In this document: positions 37,643-52,900 of the stretch, piece after piece
How the letters are laid out: each line of letters opens with the position of its first letter
Numbering within the stretch: position 1 is the first letter of the stretch
Source: Lytechinus pictus
Taxonomy: Eukaryota
DNA length: 64,000 nt
Direction of reading: 5' to 3'
Assembly: GCF_037042905.1 (NCBI RefSeq)
Contig: NC_087249.1
Coordinates: 8,496,001-8,560,000, forward strand
Made by a program: the position numbers and the translations under genes
Notes under the pieces: model-generated
Seen by the model: only the letters and a program-made list of their open reading frames with translations
The model's database searches: none
What the model was told of the DNA's origin: nothing

Positions 37643-40600
37643 CTGCAGAGAATCAAGATAGAAAAAAAAGAGAAATAAGGATAAGGGTTTGATAACTTTT
37701 TTTACGTTCCATAATATGATAAAAAACATTTTACTCGTATGACTCCATGTTATCTCTATTCTTACTTCACTCTATGAACTGCTCAAGTCATGATGATTTG
37801 AGAGCATTACAAGTTTTCACCTGACCTAGAAAACATACATAAATCATTTCAAGAAGGTCTAACATAAAGGAGATAGATGCAAAATTCATCATAGAAAAAA
37901 TTGGCGAGTGCAGGAAAGCCACTCTGAAAAGACACATAGTGCCTTTACAGTGAAATTCCTTCTAACGATTTTGACAAGGTACTTACATGTAATATGCTTT
38001 AGCAGATATCAATCTTTATTTGCTACATTTGACCAAGGTGAGATAAATAAGTACCCAAAATACCTTATTGGTAGCTATGCTAAAGCCAAGGTAATAGATA
38101 TGGAGAATCATGGGATATGTATAAGATATAATAGTAATGATTACTAATAAAACAAGCTCATTATTTCATTTGAATGGAAAAAAACTCAAATATCTCAATT
38201 CTGTGACAATAAAGCAATTATCACCAATGAGCAGCTTGCACTTAAACCATGTGACTCAAGAATAGAATAGTTTCATCTACAGAAAAGGCATTGTACTTGT
38301 AGGACAATTCAACAATGAAATTATACATATACACAATAACAAACATGAAGTCATTAGTGTGTGTGATGAGTACATTCTTGGCATTAATTGACATGATTGT
38401 AAGACAACAATATGCTGTGCTTCAAAAAGATATTGTTTATCTATTTTATTGGACTTAAATCTCCAATTTGCATTCACTATCATAACCTTTGTTGCTTTGT
38501 TTATTGTAGTTTCTGATTATGTTTCAATGTTACTATGTTTCCTTATTTTTCATCCATTTTAGATAAATATTGTGGGTTTTTTTTCTGTGTTGATTAGAAT
38601 CTACATGTTGTTGGGATGGAGTTGACCTTTAATAAGGACTTACCTCAAAAGTAACAACGAATTCGACCAAAACAAAACCACAATGTTGAGTAACAATAAA
38701 GATAACATGATTATGATAGCATGATTTCAGAAAATAGACATTTGTTGTGGTCAAAGGTAATATAATCATGTAAAATATTATTCGCCGGCTATGGGAATAT
38801 GATATAGGCATAACCTAACAATAGAGAAAAATTCTCTTACCCCAATGAGTACTCTGGACAAAGCCTAGCTTAATTACAATATCCCATCACTTAATTAGGG
38901 TTAATTATTAAATGAAAGACAATAGGCTGTTTGAGTAGCCAAACATAATATGATGTTCTCAAGAAAAACAAAAACAAAAAGTAGTATGCTATAAAAGTGA
39001 TCCCAAAGTATCAAGGTTTGCTTGTTTACTGTTAAGTATTTATTTTCTTTAATTAGTTGGTTGGTTTAAGACGATAGACTGACAAACAATTCAGCTTTTG
39101 CATGATAATTCTAGAATAATGAAAGGGTTATCACCTAACATGAATGGGAGAACAAGTAAGTTTACCTGAGGTTTATTGTTCATACTACAGTACTCAAATG
39201 TACTAATTATATCTAATTAATGTAAGTTGGCAGGCTGTTGAGACTGGATCTGCTTAGAGACAATAAATTAGGTAATATTTGTATGCATTTCAAAGAGATT
39301 TTTGACATTTTACACAGACTTTATTTCTCAGGCAATTAAATGCATGACGTTCAGGGAAAAAATTAAGGACAAAGTTGGGCAGTTATAGCATCTAGGGTGA
39401 GTTTGGAAAATACTAATAATAACAATCCGCTTAAATTATATACCGCTTAATACATCGGAATAAAGTCTCTAAACAGTTTTCTAATACATTATTACCCCAG
39501 TCATCAGAACTTGACCTGCATGCATGCACACAATGCGTGCACTTTCTTCACTCCCTGGGGAGCATTCAAACAAGAGTTCCCGGACTCAACTGCTAGACAT
39601 ACTATATTCATAGGCTTTCGCATCCTACTGGATACACATTCAGCACCTGGGGGAAGAGTGGCTAAGTGTGGATTAACGTCACAGCAGTGTGCCAAAGTAC
39701 AAGTGCTACATGTACAAAGGTAGATCTATCAACTCTCATTTGTGGTCTATGGTCCAATAAGTCAATAGACTTGTTCATATCCCATTGAAAACAAATGGAC
39801 TGTTGGAGGGAAACCAAGAAAAATCCCAACAATTTCCTGACTGGGTGGGGTTGCCGGATAACATCAACCACAAATGAATATCATGTATCTGGATTAACTG
39901 ACAGCGACAATTGACACATATACAGTAGTCCTGATAAAGAGTAGTGATATTCCGTTAGAACTACACCTGGACAATATCCAAGTCCCATTGCTGAGATTTG
40001 AAATGGAGAAGGGGCAGGCCTACAGACAGTGGTAATGCAAATGTAGACAAAAATGTAAGCATAATAATTTTTACCGTTTAGCTTGCCAGGGAAACTCAGA
40101 TATATTGGATGGCATTGAAAGTTAAACCTAGGTTATTAAACTCAGACCACACTTTAATATAGTGCTGGTTTCCAGCTCATTCACTATTTTCAGCCAGCAA
40201 AGAAAATGTGTTAAAAAAAACAATGCAGTGAAATGAGAGAATGGGGATAACACAAATTTACAATCAATTTTTCGTGAAGTATCCGTAGATTGTCTTTGCC
40301 AAGTACATTCAATATGGAAGATGAAACCTAGCATTGCACAGTAGCTTGAATTCAAGTTCTTATTTTAGTCTGGAATGAATTATGATTATAATTAAAAGTT
40401 CATTTTCTGCAAACATGGAATATATCAAAGTGTGAAAATTGTCTGCACATTTCATGCAGTGTGACAATAAAATAATGAAACCATGCAAAATATCTACTGT
40501 AGTTTAAAATTCATGTGAATTTATAAATCCTGAAATGTCAATGAAAATATGCAAGCTTGTTTATCCAACTGGATAAAGACTATGATCATAAGTAAATTTT

Positions 40601-41390
40601 TCCATCAATCATTCAAGAATAAAAGTTAAAAAATCAATCATAAAAATATTCACTATGGAAGTGTATGTTTCAATATCAATTCTTGAACACAACAGAAGAA
40701 TATAGGAAGGCTTAAGTCTGAGAGATTTTACTCCATAAAGATCACCTGTATCAGATAGAAACTTTGAAGAACTTTTAGTGACCTTGCCCTACCTTAAGGA
40801 GAGTGGGCTGCCATCACCTAGCAACACCACCAAACAACATCGCCTAGCAACAGAGAGAACAAACTATGACTTGAATTGTTGAATCACTGTAGCTGAGATA
40901 TCTAAAGACTGGTTGCCAAACACGCATTTAACCACAATCTAACACCTCCTAGCAAACAGGTGAGAAAGTTCAGGTGTGGGACAGACATGTTCTCACACAC
41001 TCAGTTCATTCAGCACTGGGTAGCTTACAAACGTGGGTGTACATGTAATTGTGGTTTTTTTTAGACATGTATCAATCAGATTTGATAATTTATGTCTGGA
41101 ACCGACCTTTATCGGCACCCTCCGAAAGACTTAATCAGAGCTCACACCTCCTCTGCATCAATTAATTCCCCACATGGCTTGGATTACAGGTGCATGCCAG
41201 TATACCTTCACTACTTATAATCTGATTGGGGATCTTAAACATATGGTAACTACTCGTTGAAACATCGGTTTAAAAAAATCTAACCCTTCATCTCGCACTT
41301 CACAATTCCAGTCGTTCATAAAATCAAGCCTAAATCTACAAACAGCTTTGTGAAACAGCCCCCCCCCCCCCCCTTGAGGTGACAACTCAC

Positions 41391-41536
41391 CTGAGAGATA
41401 CACTGTGTATATGGTTAAGAGGAATCTTCCGTTTAACGACGTCCCGGATTTGACCTTTCTCTGGACCTTTTTTGATCTGCTCCCGACCAATGAGATAGAT
41501 GTTCCTGCCCGATAGGAGAAGGTCTCGCTTCGTAAC
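41391..41536 (-). CDS. MYO1E: Myosin-IE/F-like TH1 exon: VTKRDLLLSGRNIYLIGREQIKKGPEKGQIRDVVKRKIPLNHIHSVSL
   Basis: KRDLLL...YLIGRE..K.GP.KG motif; 146 nt, phase 0-2. Confidence 0.96.
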
Positions 41537-42362
41537 CTGATGAGATCGATGAATAAGAAGAAAGACACAGTAAATACATAGTAAGATCAGATTCAGCTTC
41601 AGAAATAAACAAGGATGCAAACTCTTTAACCTAAAATACCCTCAAGACATCTTGAGGTCCAACCTGTTCAGTTTCCAACTTATTCTCCATAAAATTTTAT
41701 ATTAAAAAACAGTTCGTCATTTCCAGTGAAGCTTACATTCTACAGGACATAAATGTAGTAAGCATAAAGAAATGTAACCTGTAAAGTGTGGAATGGAATA
41801 ACTATCAAATATGCAATGAAAATCAACCATGAATAAAAAAAAAATGATATCCCTTGAAATCCAATGCTCCCTCCCCCCCCCCCCAAATAAAAAAGGGTAC
41901 CCTTTTGAAAAAAAATCTACCTTCCTCAGATTGTATTTTCCCTCAAAGGTATTGCTTTAGAAAACAAAATAATTGTCACTTTCACATACATCAATGTTTT
42001 TTTCTATTTCAGTTCAAACATATCTAGTTTCCAGTGTTGACTTCACACTTTAGGGCAACTTTATAATCAGAGAAATCAGGAAACAGGGGTCTATTTCATT
42101 CAGACTTACAGTAACTGTGCCAATGTTGTAATTACCATGGTAACCTTGATTGTGATTGGCTGCTGAGTCGTGTTACCATGGTATACAATTGAAAATCAAA
42201 CCTCATGAAACTAGGTGTTCAGAATCAATGCACTTATAAATAGAAATCTTCATTAACCCTGATTTAACTTGGCTATTTCAGACCAAGATATTATTGTTGT
42301 TGTTGTTGTAGTTAAAAATACTATTATCCTTATCAATATCATCATCAATATCATTATCATTA

Positions 42363-42740
<378 letters not shown>

Positions 42741-42742
42741 AC

Positions 42743-42912
42743 CTTGAACCTCCTGTCATATTTGTTGACCTTGTCAGCAAACTCTATCCTCTCTCTCCTG
42801 GCTACCATGGCCTGTAGGGTTACGTTATGCTCAAAGCCAATGTAGTCCCCAACAAAGTTACGATTCAGACTGTAACGCCTTCTCTCCTTCTTGTTGAACA
42901 GGATGTCACTAG
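42743..42912 (-). CDS. MYO1E: Myosin-IE/F-like TH1 exon: [26 protein letters not shown]...[13 protein letters not shown]
   Basis: KKERRR.S.NRNF.GDYIG and KYDRRFK TH1 motifs; 170 nt, phase 1-0. Confidence 0.96.
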
Positions 42913-42924
42913 CTGTAATGGGTA

Positions 42925-43385
42925 TGAATAATGATGACAATGACAACGATGATGATAATGATAACAATGATGAGGAGGGGGAAGAGGAGGAGGAGAATGA
43001 TGATGATAATGACGATAATGATGGTGATAATAATGATGGTGACAATGAGGATGAAGACAATAAGGTTGAGCATGATGATGAGGATGATGGTGACGATAAT
43101 GACAGTGATAATAATGATGAGCAGGATGCCAGTGATGAAGATAATGGTGACGATAATAATGGTATCAATGGGGATGATGATGATGGGGATGATGGGGATG
43201 ATGGTGATGATGATGATGATGGTGATGATGGTGATGATGGTGATGATGATGATGATGATGACGATTTTAAAAATAATGGTGATGATGATGATGAGGAGGA
43301 GGATAGTAATCATCATGATGATATGGTGATGACAAGGAAGACGAGGGGGAAGAAGACAAAGATTATGATAATCATTATGATCAAT
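42925..43385. repeat. Degenerate (GAT)n microsatellite abutting an exon acceptor
   Basis: Directly visible. Confidence 0.97.
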
Positions 43386-43443
43386 CATTCAAGGATGAAA
43401 GATTCTAAACTTGACAGAAATTGTACTTAAATATGTGAGTTAA

Positions 43444-44036
43444 AGGGAAATCCAACCCAAACAAAAACTTGTTTTTAGAGGAAAAAGGAAAATCAGACAA
43501 GTTGATAGGTGAAAGTTTGAACAATATCGGACAAACAATAAGAAAGTTATGAATTTTCAAAAGATGTGAATATTGGTAGTCACTATAACCATGGAGACTT
43601 CAAATTGGCCGCATATGTGATGTCATAGTGATGTAAGGCAAGGACTACTCTTCAATGTACTCCAATACATAAAATGGCTAAAATTACATTTTTTCAAAAG
43701 TTTTACTTCAAATTATATTTTTCTTTCATGAGGTCATAAAGCAATATACTACCTGGGCTATATTTAAATTACTGCCCAAGGGGAATGGGTAATTAGGAGA
43801 AAACCACAAATCACTGATAATAAAGTACATGGCCTATGGGAAAGTTGTCCTTGCCCCTTGTCATAATTTACTTACCCAGTTGCCAATTTGAAATCTACAT
43901 AGTCTTAGGGATCTCAATTTTATAACAGCCATAACTTTCTTATTGCTTGTCCGATTGCTTTCAAACTTTCACAATGCTGTTTTATTTATTTTTCTCCTTT
44001 CAAACACAACATTTATGACCAAGGCTGGATTCCCCT
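43444..44036. mobile_element. TTAA-flanked MITE (Kolobok-like, AGG ends)
   Basis: TTAA|agggaaatcca...tggattcccct|TTAA with long imperfect TIRs. Confidence 0.85.
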
Positions 44037-44760
44037 TTAAGAGAATCACAAGGCATCATCAATATTTTAATGTGTGCAAAATCAAACTGTGTGACTCTAT
44101 GAAGTTGAACCATCAAAGAGTATAATATCCCAATTATCATAACAAAATAAACATAATTCACGCACAAAGTCCATAATGATCAAAGAGTATAATATCCCCA
44201 TTATCATAACAAAATAAACATAATTCACGCACAAAGTCAATAATGATCAGTTAAATGAAAATACACACATCAAGGGTGAGGGAACTATACACACTCCATG
44301 CCTTACTTTCATATGTCAGTATGATCTGGCTTAATATTTTATTTTTTGGTAAAAAAGTATATATCATTTCCTTTCTGTATCTAAAAAGTTACAAATACAG
44401 AATACAGAGCAAATAATCACATTGTGAATGAGAGATGAGATCACTTTCTCATACACTCCAATTCTTAACTTCCGATGTCTAATAGGGCCTTAATATTATC
44501 ATTTTATTCCTTAACTTTGTGGAATATAAAGCAAATAATTTGTGAAATATAAAGCAAATAATCATGTTTTGATTGCAAGAGATTGGACAAATTATCACCT
44601 TTTTCAGCAATTAGGAGGTATATACATGTACACTTCATTTCTTAACTTAATATTTTTGTAGGGAAGAACATATCATTTTATTTCTGTACCTTAAGAGTTT
44701 GTGGAATATAAAGCAAATAATCATGTTTTGGTTTTGGTCACCAACGGCAACATACTATAC

Positions 44761-44875
44761 CTTGCTGTTTGAGTCTAAGATAGTACTTGTGTGCATTGAA
44801 TTGTCTGAATGCTTTCTGAATGATGCGAGCATGAAAGTCAAACTTCCTCTCTCTCTGTTCCTCCAGTAGAAAGAG
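44761..44875 (-). CDS. MYO1E: Myosin-IE/F-like IQ exon: LFLLEEQRERKFDFHARIIQKAFRQFNAHKYYLRLKQQ
   Basis: Single IQ motif; 115 nt, phase 0-1. Confidence 0.95.
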
Positions 44876-45665
44876 CTGAAAAATCGAAAATAATTGTCTA
44901 TCAAAATAAAAATAATATGCAACATTTCCATAGTGCTTCATAAATGTAAGTAAGGGCTACATAGTATTACAACGGCATAAGCACGGCTACCCTGATCAGG
45001 CACACCTACTAGGTATCAATTTACTACACCTGGGTGGAGAGTGGCAAATGTATATTAACATCATGCCAAAGACATGAGTACTGAAGTGGGATTCATAATC
45101 ATTTTTAGTTGGTGAATAAGTACTGCAGTGGGATTGGAACCCCTGATCATGCAGTTCAAAGTCCGGAGACATCTCCACTATTAATGCCACAACACCTCTA
45201 CAGGTGCACATCTTATTACCAATGAGGTAAATTCATAAATCTTGGTATTGACCAATTCAAGAAAGCCATTTAATCCCATCTAGTTTAAAAAACTTGGGGG
45301 GGGGGAAGATCATTTACTTTTGCATGCCCCACTTTGTGGAATAGCCTTCCTGAAGACACAAAAAAATGTATCTCTGTCGAGACTTTCAAAAATCATCTAA
45401 AAACTTTATTATTTAACTCTTAGCCCTTTATGCTCCTTGAGCACTCTACAGAGTGGATTTGGCGCTTTATAAGTCACATTATTATTATTATTTTGCTACG
45501 ATGACGATGAATTGCTGAGCACTCTTGAGGTGCTGAATTCTTGTTTTAGTGGCCCCCAAAATGGAGTAGTGTGTATGCAGTGATTTGTAAGTGAAAAGAA
45601 AAGGCGCCATATGAAATGACTCTTGGATTAGATTGGAAAGAATGTGTTCTCATTGTATTACTCAC

Positions 45666-45810
45666 GGATTCCGGTTTCCTGATGAAGACCTTGTTCCTTC
45701 CTAGTTGGTACTCATCATCGTCCATGTTAACTGAACGTAGTAGATGAGTGACCCCAGCCCTGACATCACCGCTCCATCTTGGCCACGTCTCCTTTGTCAA
45801 GATGGCATAT
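45666..45810 (-). CDS. MYO1E: Myosin-IE/F-like converter exon: YAILTKETWPRWSGDVRAGVTHLL...YQLGRNKVFIRKPES
   Basis: QLG..KVFI..PES motif; 145 nt, phase 2-0. Confidence 0.96.
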
Positions 45811-46164
45811 CTAGAGATGACAAACGACAAAAATACATTCAAAGATTCAAGATTCAAAATATATATCATCCGTAGAAATAGATGCACACATTGGTAACAA
45901 TAATGCATGTTGCCTTTCAATTTATTTTAATTCAGGAAAAATAAAGTATTGCTGAATAAATGCATTGGGCAATTGCCGGCGATCGAACCTCAGACTTTTT
46001 GTGTGTCTAGTCAAGTGCTTTAGAGAATTGAGAATTGAGAATTGATTTTATTCTGTCCATTTAGGAAAATATTCTTGTTGGCATTTACATATACACAGAA
46101 ATATACAAAATCAAAGCGTAAAGATGAATTCTGCAGAATATATATACATCACACATATTTGAAG

Positions 46165-46335
46165 AAAAATACATAATACAAAATAATTTCAATCAAATCG
46201 GTAACATTTTACTCTTAATCATCGTTATTATTAATATAATTATCATTATTATTATTATCAATCTTATTATTATCATTATGATTATTATTATTAATTGTAT
46301 TATTATTATTATTATTGTTATTGTCATTGTTATTA

Positions 46336-46378
<43 letters not shown>

Positions 46379-46687
46379 TATTATTATTATTAATATTGTT
46401 TCTATTATTACAATTATCAATAATCAATCATTACTATTATCATTATCATTATTACAGGATATACAGAAGAAAAAAAAACATACAAAGAAATACAACAAAC
46501 TACATACAGTCATACAAATAAGGGGAAAATACATAATATAAAATAATTTCACTCAAAATCGGTACAACTTTGCTCTTAATTATTGTTATTGTTATTTATT
46601 TTCAATATCATTATTATCATTGTCATTATCATTATTATTAATATTATTATTACTATTATCATTAATATAATTTTCCTATCATTATTA

Positions 46688-46732
<45 letters not shown>

Positions 46733-46780
46733 CATTATCATCATTATCATTCATCATTATTATCATAATCATCATTATAA
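46165..46780. repeat. Two (ATT)n microsatellites, each preceded by the same ~55-bp unique segment (local duplication)
   Basis: aaaatacataata-aaaataatttc-atca-aatcggta--ttt--ctcttaat at ~46165 and ~46525. Confidence 0.9.
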
Positions 46781-47230
46781 ATAGACAATTGCTCATTCAA
46801 TGCTTTCATTTCAGTCGATAGTATCAGGGTAATATTAGTAAATTGTATACATGTGTGAGAATATAGTAGGTGACTGACGAAGTGGCAAGATTACAGGCTT
46901 GATTGAAGTTGTTCGTTGTAGACCACTGAGCCATGACACCTTCACGGCAAATAATATATTGCAAACCTATCGTTCATTGCAAATATACATGTATATATAA
47001 CCTATCGTTCACTCTGAATTTAGGATGAAAAAGCTGTTCCCCTTTTTTTATCTTCCGCTTCTTCTCTCTTCGATAAAGACTTGATAGGCATCCTTTGGTA
47101 ACTTCAAACTTCAAGTGATGTTACATTGCTCTCTGTTCTTCATTACACCATAGGTTCCCAATTATATTATAACTCACTAACATGAGCTTTTTTTTCTTTT
47201 TTACAAAGGTCTCTGCTTCCACGTACATAC

Positions 47231-47329
47231 CTCCTGAGAAACTTATCAAATTCTCTCCTGTAAGCGAAACCAGCTCGCCTGACCCTGATGTTCTCCTTCA
47301 GTCCCAGATATTCAACTTGATGGTGCACC
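47231..47329 (-). CDS. MYO1E: Myosin-IE/F-like motor exon: [32 protein letters not shown]
   Basis: YLGL.EN.RVRRAGF myosin-I motif; 99 nt, phase 2-2. Confidence 0.97.
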
Positions 47330-47530
47330 CTGGATGTGAACAAACAAATGTAAAAATGTGGATGATCAAGAAATATCAAGACATACATGTAAGCCTGGCT
47401 CACATCTTTGTGTTTTAAGCTGCATATTGTTGCATTAGCCGAAAACAGCAATAAGCAACCTAGCGCAGCATACTACGAAGCAAAATATGCAGTTCCAATC
47501 ACACTTTTGGCTACAGTTTATTTCCAGTCC

Positions 47531-47912
47531 GTATAATGCCAATTTGTCCAATCGCCAACTTGTCTACTATCATTTGGTCTACCATCAGTTCGTCCACTAT
47601 CTACATGGTCTAATTGCCAATTCGTCCACTCACCATTTTGTCTCATAACCTATTAGTCCAATAGCCATTTAGTAAATATACCATTTGGTCTAATTTGACT
47701 GAGTGTTACTTGTACAAAATGAATGAAAATTAAATGGTGTTAGACCAACTGGTTATGAGACTAAATGGTCATACACGAAATGGTGATTAGACGAAGTGAT
47801 GATAGGACCATATGGTTATTGGATCTAATGTTGGACAGAATGGCATTAGACTAAATGAAAGTAGACCATGTCGTGAGTGGCTGAGTTGGCAGTAGACAAA
47901 TTGGCAATTTAC
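47531..47912. mobile_element. Small foldback MITE built from ~17-bp subrepeats
   Basis: aatgccaatttgtc...gacaaattggcaatt ends; ggtctaat-type units are mirrored by attagac-type units. Confidence 0.75.
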
Positions 47913-48914
47913 CTTTTCTTATGCGGTCAAGGGAGCTCATACAAGTTGCATGCAGTAAAGCGGGCTAAAGTGAGGTAATTCGAGGGAAATCGGGCAATAA
48001 CATTGCTGCAGCTGTTCGCTGTTGCTCCTTAGAAACAGAACCAAATCATTACCATGGAATTGCCCTACATGTTTCAAACTTTTATTTTAAATAGCAGCTT
48101 GTGTGACCTGCCACCCTTACACCAACAATAAATCATCGGGGAGGGTTCTCTGTAAATAATCAACATGGAAATTTGGTCTTCAAAAAATGAAAATGAGAAA
48201 TTAGCTCATCAAAAGAATAATTCTTCTTCATACTGTCAAAATTTGAAGTTGTAAAGTTGAACAAAATATGTGATACATGAGTTCAAACTTCAAACCTTGT
48301 TTTCTCCTTATTCTTCAATCCAGTTCTTGAGTGGGTTACTTTTGATCAATTTTGACAAGTTTTATATAATTTTAAAGCTTAGGATAGACTTTGTCAAGCT
48401 CAATAGAAACTTTCATTCCTCTTGGGCAACTTATTGTTTGTTTGGGGGTGGAAATTAACCAGGCAAGAAATAGTCTTTTTTCTGGGCAACTTTTCACAAC
48501 ATACAGTGTAAATCTACAACATTGGATAAGCTTTAACATTGCAGTGGATGGGGATTTTCCAGGTCTCTTTAGAGCATTTTGGTGGCAAAATCACCCCAAG
48601 TCCAGGGCCCCATCTTACAAAGAGTTATGATTGATCCGATCAACCTCAACTGTATGGAAATCCATCAATGTCATAATTTTATTTCTTCAGGAAATTTGCA
48701 CAATGTCCTTTATAAGCCAAGAGAAGCACACTAAATTTTCGAGAAAACTATGAATGTATGATATACAGCATATCTAGAAAATAGTTTGAACAAACATGCT
48801 GTTTAGATGATGATGTTGCTGGCCGTCCATAGTTGTCGTTGACTGGATAAATCGCAATTCTTTGTAAGACAGGGCCCAGGTGTAATTTTTATCACATGCA
48901 ATCATTTTTCTCAC

Positions 48915-49021
48915 CTTTTTTCTTCCCAATCATGCGGTCTCTTTGTCTCATTTGGTTTGATACAGCGGATGTAATGAGGGGTACATTTCATGAGCTTATC
49001 AACAAGCTTGTTTGCCTGAGT
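48915..49021 (-). CDS. MYO1E: Myosin-IE/F-like motor exon: [35 protein letters not shown]
   Basis: [10 protein letters not shown] motif; 107 nt, phase 0-2; TTTTCAG acceptor, GTGAG donor. Confidence 0.97.
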
Positions 49022-49231
49022 CTGAAAAATAGAAAACGCATATATTTCAAGTGTAGCTATCAAAGAGAAGTTCACCCTGAAAAAAAGTTTGTTGCAAAAA
49101 TAGCAGATTTTTTTAAATTTTTATTCAAGTGTTTGATTTGTGACATCATAAATGAGCAGCTGCTCCAAAATCTGCAATATTTTTTTATCATGTTTACAAT
49201 AAACTTTTTGTCAGGGTGAACTTTGCCTTAA

Positions 49232-49805
49232 AGGTCAAGTCCACCCCAGAAAAAAGTTTATTTGAATAAATAGAGAAAAATCAAACAAGAATAATGCTTC
49301 AAACTTCATCAAAATCGGATGTAAAATAAGAAAGTTATGACATTTTAAAGTTTCGCTTATTTTTCACAAAACAGTTATATGCACAATCCAGTGATATGCA
49401 AATGAGAGAGTCGATGATGTCACTCACTCACTATTTCTTTTGTTTTTTTATTGTTTGAATTATACAATATTTCAATTTTTACGAATCTGACAAATAGGAC
49501 CCTCTTGTTTGAACCACAAAATGTTAAAACAATGGAATCCCACACGTTCAGGGAGGAATGATTTTTTTTTCACATGGCAATGAGGAGAAAATTAAAATAT
49601 TTCATATTTCACATAATAAAATACAAAAGAAATAGTGAGTGAGTGACCAGGATGTGCATATAACTGTTTTGTGAAATTAAGCAAAACTTTAAAATGTCAT
49701 TACTTTCTTATTTTAGATCGGATTTCGATGAAATTTTCTGCGTTATGCTTGTCTGATTTTTCTCTTTCTATTCAAAGCAGCTTTTTGTTGGTGTGGACTT
49801 GTCCT
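49232..49805. mobile_element. TTAA-flanked MITE (Kolobok-like); near-identical family copy at 62008-62610
   Basis: TTAA|aggtcaagtccac...gtggacttgtcct|TTAA; long TIRs. Confidence 0.9.
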
Positions 49806-49977
49806 TTAAAACAGAAAAGTGATTACATAACCCCTGCCTATCATGATCAACATCTTTGTTCAGATAATAAGAATTTACTAATTGTTTTCTTCCAATTTCA
49901 ACAAAAACATGTTCAATGTTCATTTGCTCTACCTCCCCAGTTTGTGATACATTTGCCAATTTTAAAACAGATCTTAA

Positions 49978-52900
49978 CCCTTTGCGTGCGGGCCCGTGAA
50001 ACCGGATACCTCTCCCTGCGGCGGAGCCGTTTTTGTACATTGCTGATATTTGGATCTGTGGCGGTGTTTTCCTAATCTATTGCTAATTGCGCCAAACTGA
50101 AGTATTTTCAGGATTTTTAGTAAATGTAAAGATGAAAGATCAGACACTTTTCTTTCTAGAATTAAAGGTCTCGCTTCTCAAATCAACAGAATAGTTAAGA
50201 AATTTACGAGGAAAAAGTCGTGTTATTTTGTAAAATCTTCATTTTTTCCCCAAGTCAATAGGCACTGTGTACAAAATTGCGTAAGGGCAATCAGCACGCG
50301 CGGACAAGTCGGGTTCGATCGATACCGCTTTGTTGTCTGCTCTAGTGCTTTTTTCATTGCCTATTGTCACGCTACTCATGAATGGTCTCTTTACCTCCTT
50401 GTATTCAGATCATTTGCAAAGTGTATAATTACGACGATAATCCATTTTGGGTGAAATCACGGCATACCAAATACCTTTATTTTCCAGAATGAATAAAAAA
50501 GGGTGAATATATTCCAGTGCAAGTACGATGATGATGCTGCGCAACGAAAGTCCGAAACTATATTGTGATTTTTGGCTTCTGGGCTTCAGGACGGTGGTCT
50601 CAATGTTTCACTAAAAATCGCCCTTGGTTTCTTCTTTTCATAAATTATAGTTTGTAATAAAAAATAATTTTGTTCCTGAAGATTGCATACCAGTGTTCGA
50701 TTTGTTTTCCTGTTTCAATTTCAAAGAGCGAAGGGGGTAAATGTGACTCAAATCTGAAATCACACCTCCCAACGCTCTCCTCGTCTCGTTCTACATGTAC
50801 GTTTCATTTTTCTATCTCCCTTTTCCCTCCAAAATAACGATGATACCGATTACTGTTCGTCACAATGAGAGAAAGTAAATTTTATTATCTATTGAAATTG
50901 TAGCATAAACTTTTAGTTCATTGTTAGTTTTAGCGTTTGAACTGATTATGCTTTTGTCGAATTTTCAGTGCAAAAATGTTCACATGGGAGAGAAAGAGAG
51001 AATGAGATGAAGAGCTTCCAAAGCCTAACATGACAAATTCATTCTATAAAATGACGTGAATTTCAAATTGAGGTGGGGGACTATAGTATTCTAATTCTTT
51101 ATAAGTAAATATTTATGCAATAGCAAAAGCGCACATTATGGTTTACATTATACCTTTTTGGACTATTTCCTCTTTTTCCCCTTCCATTCTTTCTGTCGAT
51201 TTATCATTCTCCTTTACATGTATCTCGATTTGCATTTTCTATTCTTTTTTAAAATCTCACTTGCATCTTCTTCCGTCCCTATGGGTATCACCACCCGGGG
51301 AAAATTGTATTTTTTGTGAAGAAAGCACTGTCATGCTCAAGAAAATGTTCTTGGCATGTCTTAAACGCCTGCATGTTTTAAATAAGTAAACATTTACTTT
51401 TTTATTGTTACTGTCGTAATATAAAAAGTAGTATTCCTAAGAGCTTTTTGTATCGCTAAATACGAGAAGCATTTACTAGGTCATCCTGACGAAATACACT
51501 AATCTTCCTATTATTCAAGGCGTTGGCTATTTGTCCCCTGCTCTTTTTATAAGTAATTTGTTTGAGCGTCCGCCATGACTTTCTTTTGTTCATTTTTAAA
51601 AGAGCAGAGGATAAACGGTGTTATTAATTCCTTTATTTTGTTTCCTTTGAAATAGAGGACAAAAATAAGAGCTCTATTGGATGAGAGAACGAGAGAAAGC
51701 GGGGGGTGGGGGTTCAAAAGTTTTCCAGGGGCTCGTATTATATAAAACTTGTTTACAAATTTTCAATAGCACTTGAAAGCTACTGAAACCATTCTATTTG
51801 ACTGGCGGATGGTATTTTTTTTTTAATTATTGCGCATTTTTCAATATAAAATGTGCATGTATAATGTATTTATAAAACGGTACCAATTAAGGATTTCCTC
51901 GTTTTCCCTTTTCCCTGGTTTCTAACCTGTAACTGAATGTATTATCTACCGCTTTCATTCCCTTATCTATCGTCTTTCTTTATCCCCTCCCTTTTACACC
52001 TATTTTCTCTAAGTTCTTCTCATTTAAATTATATCTGTATCGTCTTCTTTCTTCCCGATTTGGATTACGAGGTATATCTTTTCTGATTTTTCTTCTCAGT
52101 ACCTGTCATTTTACATTACATCTAACGTCTCTCCCCCCCCCCCCTCTCTCTCTCTCTCTTAATTGGAAACGGTTCCGAGAGAATGCCTCGTTTTTGGCAA
52201 CTTGTATTGATCGGAGATGGTTGCATTTGTGGGCCTCTCGTCCTATTGCATCGTGGTCATCATGTCGAAAATTTTGGTGTTTTTCCCCCCTGTTTCTCAA
52301 ATAATGTCCCGAAAAACCCTTTAAAATTACTATTGTAACTGTCATTTCACAATAATTTCTATATCATCTTCCATTTTCTATATTGATAACGTGGGTAGAT
52401 ATCTTTCGCAAAAGACAATATGATGATCATCATCATCATCATCGTATAAAAATGCACGAATAAACTATTTTTTGTGAACTTGGGGCTTAGGGTTATGGCA
52501 AGACAGAGGCCTCAATCTTTCACTAAAAGTAATTTTCTTTTTTAGATGTTTTCATGAATTATATGTCTCATTTAATTCGATTTCCCACACAGATATTATA
52601 ATGACAATAAAATAATCTTGTTCCTGAAGTTTGCGCATCGGTATTCGATTTGTAATATCCTGAAATTATTTCAAAGAGTTAAAAGAATAAAAGTGACTAA
52701 AATTGTAAGTCTGAAATCATACCTCCCAACTCTCTTCTTGTCACTTTCTACGTTTCTTTCTTTATCTTACTATTCCCTCAAAAAGAGCCAAGCAATTACT
52801 GAAAGTAACAGAAAGTATTTTTTTTTCTTGAATAAATTATAGCATCCGCAATCATAAGTGTTTTTTATTTGTTCTTTCGTTTTGTTCGATTGTCTCCTTC